From an uncultured Acidimicrobiaceae bacterium (GTDB taxonomy: Bacteria; Actinomycetota; Acidimicrobiia; Acidimicrobiales; CADCSY01), in assembly GCA_964349215.1 (NCBI GenBank), contig CAYGGL010000002.1:1-38663 (forward strand): a stretch of DNA of 38,663 nt. Reading direction: 5' to 3'. Positions 34,923 to 38,663 of the stretch are shown one piece after another. The position numbers and the translations under genes are program-made. Numbering within the stretch: the stretch's first letter is position 1; every line of letters starts with the position of its first letter. The notes below the pieces were generated by a model. It was not told where the DNA came from and ran no database searches. It was given only the letters and a program-made list of their open reading frames with translations.

Positions 34923-37835
34923 TTAGTTCTTCACCAGCAGGGTTGGTTCACTGCGGTCCTGTAAAGCCAAAAGTGTGAAGTAAGGACCCAGAAATACAAA
35001 TACCAATGCAGTAACAACTACGCCTGAGTCATTTACTGCAAATCCCAACAGGCCAACTGCAATTGTGCTGAGCACTCCGACTCTTTTTGCCGAGCCCCTC
35101 GGCAAAAGCTCTGACCCCTCGTTGAGATATGCCAGAACATACACAATAAATATGGTGGTGATAGGGACCATCCATGCCCAAAAAGTTGTTCCCAATACGC
35201 GTAAGTTGGTTGCCAATTTGCGTGCGATCGTGGTGCCGGCGGTGTCATTTCCTCCAAATAAATCAGCGGCAAAGCGACCTAAGTGAGTACGCGACTCTGG
35301 GTCTCTGAGTAGGTCGAGCCCCGTCGCTATACCTAAAAATGCAAAGAGTAAGGCCCCCACCATCAACAGGTGACGCACATTTAATCTCCTACCACTCAAG
35401 GAAATGAGTGTCAGTCCATATACGGGAACCAGAGTCAAGATGCCCCCGACATCGTTACCCAGTTTTGGTGCGCCATCCGATATGACCACGATCGCCAATA
35501 GAGCAGCGGCACTCAGGAGTGCTTCTTTACGACGCGGTGCATGTTCGACATGTAGACATGCTGCGATGGCAGCACATGCACCCAGAGTTGCAAATGCAGT
35601 GTTTCCAATTCCGAAGAAACGAGCAGCAGTATGAAGTGAGTAGCCCAACAAACTCGAATACTGCAATCGAGCCCCGGTCGCTAGATCAATAACTATTAGC
35701 GCAGTAGTGATTCCAGTGATCCAAGCCAGGGGACTGAGAGCATGACGATTGGCTCGTAGCGCCAATGCAGTGATGGCAACATTGATCATTATCAGTACCG
35801 CCAACGCTCCATCGCCAAGGCGTGCCACTTCGGGAACTGCTCGAAAGAGGAATGTGGCTAACGGAAAGCCGGCAACAGTTACTACAGCCATGCGCAACAG
35901 GCGTCTTAACCCATCAGCTTTTTGGAGCCGCGACAGGGTCGTGATGGCAAATAGATAGAGCAATGCCTGGATTACGACAAAAGTGATCGTAATTTTTAGA
36001 TAAATGCCTTCACGAAAACCTGCATCACGATCAAGGTTTTGGATATAGCCCATATCTGGCTTATCTGGTCTATATCGCAGTGCATGGCCGATCATTCCGG
36101 TTGGCACTTCGGCCGATACGGCCTCAAGAATGCTTGGAGCAATGTCGGTTACCGTCACGACTCCAAGACGTTTTACAGAAGGAGACTGAGCGTATCCGTG
36201 CTCGATGCCGGGGCCCGTAGTTATGAATGGGGTCAGATGCCAGCCTTGACTCGCGGGCGAAACCGACATGACAAAGATCAGCGAATCCTTAGGAGCGAGG
36301 CTAAGTACGTCACCAAGTAGTTCATCGGTTCGTTCAATTGCCTGCGTTCGATCAGCGCTAGCTGCCTTATCAAGTGACATCGCTGCATACGCCGTGGCTC
36401 GGTCAATGTCGCCTGGGTCGATAGCAATCACGTCAGCAGTTTGAAGCGCAACTTTGAAAGAGTCGATGACTTCGTCTTTGTCGAAGCGCACGCCAAAGGG
36501 CGCTTGAGGGTCGGGTTTCAACAAACCTGCGTCAACACGACCAGTATCTACACTTGCTCTTCTATCAACCAACGAGATTCCGATTGGACGATTGACTTTT
36601 TTATCAATATCGCCTGTGCCCAAGTCGCCATTTCCAATCACGGCAGAGGTGACACCAGCGACGTTTAATGCGTCGCCCAGTGCTCCCGGCTCGCTGCTTA
36701 GATGCTTACCTGTTGATTGGCGCACTGTGGTTGGATAACCAATTACTACGACTTGTCCATCAGTTGAGCGACCGGTTCTGCGTTGGGCGACTTCTATCGC
36801 AGTGCCGCCTTCAACCAATTCATCGGCCTGGTATGCAGATGCACCGGCAATGGCATCAGCACGCACACGGGTGCCCGCATTGAGCGACGCGTATCCCTCA
36901 GTAGTAGAGGGTCTTCCAGACATGGTTCGTACGCTCATGGCCGCAACCGCACCTCGGTTGAGAAGCCCATCGATATTTGGTGTGTTTCCTTGTTGCAGAT
37001 CTTCAAAACTCAAACGCGGCACTCCAAAGATGATCACCTTCGAAGGCTTGGTTGAAAGTGCATTGCTAGAGGGTTCCCATCTGCCACCTGACCACAACAT
37101 CCACACCATAAATACAACAGAGGTAATGGCAATGATGGCCATTCTCAAACGTTGGCTGGTTAGGCGAACCCAAAGTGCTCGCAAGATGTCGAGTCCTTGG
37201 CGGCCACGATGACGAAAGCCTGCAAATTTCCGCCCGGTGTGGCGATGATCCATGTTGACATCGAGCTCAACAACCCTGGCACCACTACGTACGGCATCAA
37301 TGGTCAGGGCTGTTTCCAGTCCGAAGCGCGGCGCTAATTCAATAGAGCGAAGTAGCTCACCACGTATTGCTCGTTGACCAGATAAGGGAGCCTTTGCCAC
37401 AAATCCACAGCCACGTTTGATACCCGCAGCCGAAAGATTTCTGACCATTCCAAAGCCGCCCTTTGACCCGGCAGAAGGCAACACCCCAACGGTCATATCC
37501 GCTGTGTTTTCAAGGACTGGCCCAAGCAATGCCTCTGCGGCGCCGCCAGATTGGCCAACGTCGGCATCAATCATCAGATAGACGCTTGCATGAGGGGCAG
37601 CTTTAATACCTGCCATTACAGCGCCGGCCTTACCCAGGTTGCGGGGAAGCTTTAATACATCAGCACCTGCTTCAACGGCGCGCTCCGACGTTGCATCGCT
37701 TGAGCCGTCGTCAATGACGAGCACGCGCTCTACTTCGTTGATTGAGCGAGCCGCCCTCACCGTTTCGGTGATCGAATCGGCCGAATCTTTCGCCGGAATC
37801 AAAACGACAACACCAGTCGCTGCCAAATTTGTCAA
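34923..37835 (-). CDS. Multidomain membrane protein: N-terminal GT-A (family 2/81-like) glycosyltransferase, one TM helix, alkaline-phosphatase-superfamily-like ectodomain, and a C-terminal ~10-TM domain
   Basis: GT-A: VVVLIPAKDSADSI, VIDDGSSD, LMIDADV (DXD) and RFGLETALTID. Ectodomain: NTPNIDGLLNRGA, GRPSTTEGYASLNAG and VTVTDIAPSILEAV..VPTGMIGHAL. TTG 37835 has AGGAGG 7 nt upstream and overlaps the murJ stop. The ORF-track start 38024 lies inside murJ. Confidence 0.75.
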   Translation of the reverse strand: MTNLAATGVVVLIPAKDSADSITETVRAARSINEVERVLVIDDGSSDATSERAVEAGADVLKLPRNLGKAGAVMAGIKAAPHASVYLMIDADVGQSGGAAEALLGPVLENTADMTVGVLPSAGSKGGFGMVRNLSAAGIKRGCGFVAKAPLSGQRAIRGELLRSIELAPRFGLETALTIDAVRSGARVVELDVNMDHRHTGRKFAGFRHRGRQGLDILRALWVRLTSQRLRMAIIAITSVVFMVWMLWSGGRWEPSSNALSTKPSKVIIFGVPRLSFEDLQQGNTPNIDGLLNRGAVAAMSVRTMSGRPSTTEGYASLNAGTRVRADAIAGASAYQADELVEGGTAIEVAQRRTGRSTDGQVVVIGYPTTVRQSTGKHLSSEPGALGDALNVAGVTSAVIGNGDLGTGDIDKKVNRPIGISLVDRRASVDTGRVDAGLLKPDPQAPFGVRFDKDEVIDSFKVALQTADVIAIDPGDIDRATAYAAMSLDKAASADRTQAIERTDELLGDVLSLAPKDSLIFVMSVSPASQGWHLTPFITTGPGIEHGYAQSPSVKRLGVVTVTDIAPSILEAVSAEVPTGMIGHALRYRPDKPDMGYIQNLDRDAGFREGIYLKITITFVVIQALLYLFAITTLSRLQKADGLRRLLRMAVVTVAGFPLATFLFRAVPEVARLGDGALAVLIMINVAITALALRANRHALSPLAWITGITTALIVIDLATGARLQYSSLLGYSLHTAARFFGIGNTAFATLGACAAIAACLHVEHAPRRKEALLSAAALLAIVVISDGAPKLGNDVGGILTLVPVYGLTLISLSGRRLNVRHLLMVGALLFAFLGIATGLDLLRDPESRTHLGRFAADLFGGNDTAGTTIARKLATNLRVLGTTFWAWMVPITTIFIVYVLAYLNEGSELLPRGSAKRVGVLSTIAVGLLGFAVNDSGVVVTALVFVFLGPYFTLLALQDRSEPTLLVKN

Positions 37836-38663
37836 ACGGTTGCCTCCTGGGGCTTTTGCCTGCGCACCTCGGGAGAACCAAGAGCGAATTGAATGCCAGC
37901 GTAGATCGCCACTCCGACAAAACCTGCCATTGCAACTGTGAATGCTGCACCAAAGCGACCTTCGAGCGAAATAGTTTCCGCCAGGTACCAGACGGCCAAT
38001 CCTGCTACTGCCGATGATCCACATGCACGGACAATTGGGAGGGCAACGTCAAGAGAATGGGGAAGTTTTTTGGCAATGACCATCATGAGCACGATTGCTC
38101 CTGCGAGTTGGACAACAGAGTGTGCGACGCCGAGTGATGCAACCTGATTAATGCCATCTGTGGAGCTCGACCACCACAACATAAGAGCCGAACCAATAAT
38201 TGCCATGGCCATATTTATCAACGTTGGACTACGTGTGTCTTCTGCTGCATAGGACGCTCTGGTGAGAAGCTGAAAGACCGAGTAGCCAAAAAGTCCAAAG
38301 GCATAACCTGCCAATGTCCTAGAAACAAGTTCGGATTGCGCGGAAAGTTCTCCGAGTGAAACCGCATTGAGGATTGGATTGGAAAGCACAGCGAGAAATA
38401 TCGAAGTGGGGAGAATAAAAAAACTGAGTTGGCGAATTCCGCTGCCAAGGTGTTGCCCAAATGCCGTCTGGTCGTTGCGATGAATGTCGCCAGACAGCTG
38501 AGGGAAAAGTGTTGTGAGAATTGGGTTTCCTACTAAAGCATATGGGAACAAAAAAAACGTAAAAGCTATTTGGTAGGCGACAACCCCGCCTTCAATTCGA
38601 TTGGCAAGGACTAATGTAACTCCCAGAAGCACCTGCGTAAGGCCTAGATAACTGGCCGCCCAG
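37832..38663 (-). CDS. murJ: Lipid II/MOP-family flippase MurJ (MviN), C-terminal part; 5' end lies outside the window
   Basis: The frame is open to the window edge (WAASYLGLTQ precedes the ORF-track start). ANRIEGGVVAYQIAFTFFLFPYALVGNPILTTLFPQLS is the MurJ signature region, followed by several further TM helices. It ends without a pseudokinase extension. Confidence 0.88.
   Translation of the reverse strand, partial: WAASYLGLTQVLLGVTLVLANRIEGGVVAYQIAFTFFLFPYALVGNPILTTLFPQLSGDIHRNDQTAFGQHLGSGIRQLSFFILPTSIFLAVLSNPILNAVSLGELSAQSELVSRTLAGYAFGLFGYSVFQLLTRASYAAEDTRSPTLINMAMAIIGSALMLWWSSSTDGINQVASLGVAHSVVQLAGAIVLMMVIAKKLPHSLDVALPIVRACGSSAVAGLAVWYLAETISLEGRFGAAFTVAMAGFVGVAIYAGIQFALGSPEVRRQKPQEATV

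Noticed and set aside
37836-38024. A 63-aa N-terminal extension of the large fusion ORF (ORF-track start 38024)
   Set aside because: It lies entirely inside the murJ coding region in another frame and is Arg/Ser/Trp/Cys-rich with a non-protein-like composition. A TTG with a strong AGGAGG RBS sits exactly at the murJ stop, just before the GT-A domain begins.
1-38663. Mobile elements, prophage or defence islands, and tRNA or rRNA genes
   Set aside because: No integrase, transposase, recombinase, restriction, toxin-antitoxin or phage-like ORFs were recognised. Intergenic gaps are all under about 140 nt and none shows tRNA-like cloverleaf features by eye. tRNAscan or Infernal was not run, so small ncRNAs cannot be excluded.

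Overview
This looks like a core-chromosome stretch from an actinobacterium. The markers are the mycothiol ligase MshC, an F420-type reductase, an InhA-type FabI, the PI/PIM genes, and a DinB/mycothiol-type protein. Gene order follows the conserved actinobacterial block thrS-HIT-pgsA-acyltransferase-pimA ... pdxS-pdxT-yebC-ruvCAB. GC looks mid-range by eye (not computed) and GTG/TTG starts are frequent, so a non-Streptomyces, possibly deep-branching lineage is plausible but cannot be settled here. I support 40 CDS, two of them cut by the window edges. Genes are tightly packed with many 4-nt overlaps. I saw no rRNA, tRNA, CRISPR array, transposase or integrase. Housekeeping content covers fatty-acid metabolism (fabI, two acyl-CoA ligases, an acyl-CoA dehydrogenase), thrS, PI/PIM lipid synthesis, lemA-htpX, PLP synthase, Holliday-junction resolution, purKE and tsaC. 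Three parts merit a second look. (1) At the right end, murJ, a roughly 970-aa fusion (GT-A glycosyltransferase, alkaline-phosphatase-like ectodomain, polytopic membrane domain) and a short MraY/WecA-family phosphotransferase form an operon with no intergenic DNA; this is my best candidate for an undescribed envelope glycoconjugate system. (2) A TetR regulator and a diiron-carboxylate protein sit divergent from an operon of three alpha/beta-hydrolases and an SDR. (3) An acyl-CoA ligase, a thiolase-fold protein apparently lacking the nucleophilic Cys (with a C-terminal OB-like extension) and a beta-carbonic anhydrase form an operon. Smaller observations: htpX seems to need a non-canonical (CTG) start, an acyl-CoA dehydrogenase carries a Gly/Met-rich insertion, a Wzy_C-type membrane protein and an SPV-repeat secreted protein are inserted in the PIM locus, and there are short tandem repeats upstream of purK and at the ruvA/ruvB junction. 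All family calls rest on motifs read by eye and recalled homologs. No database search was run.
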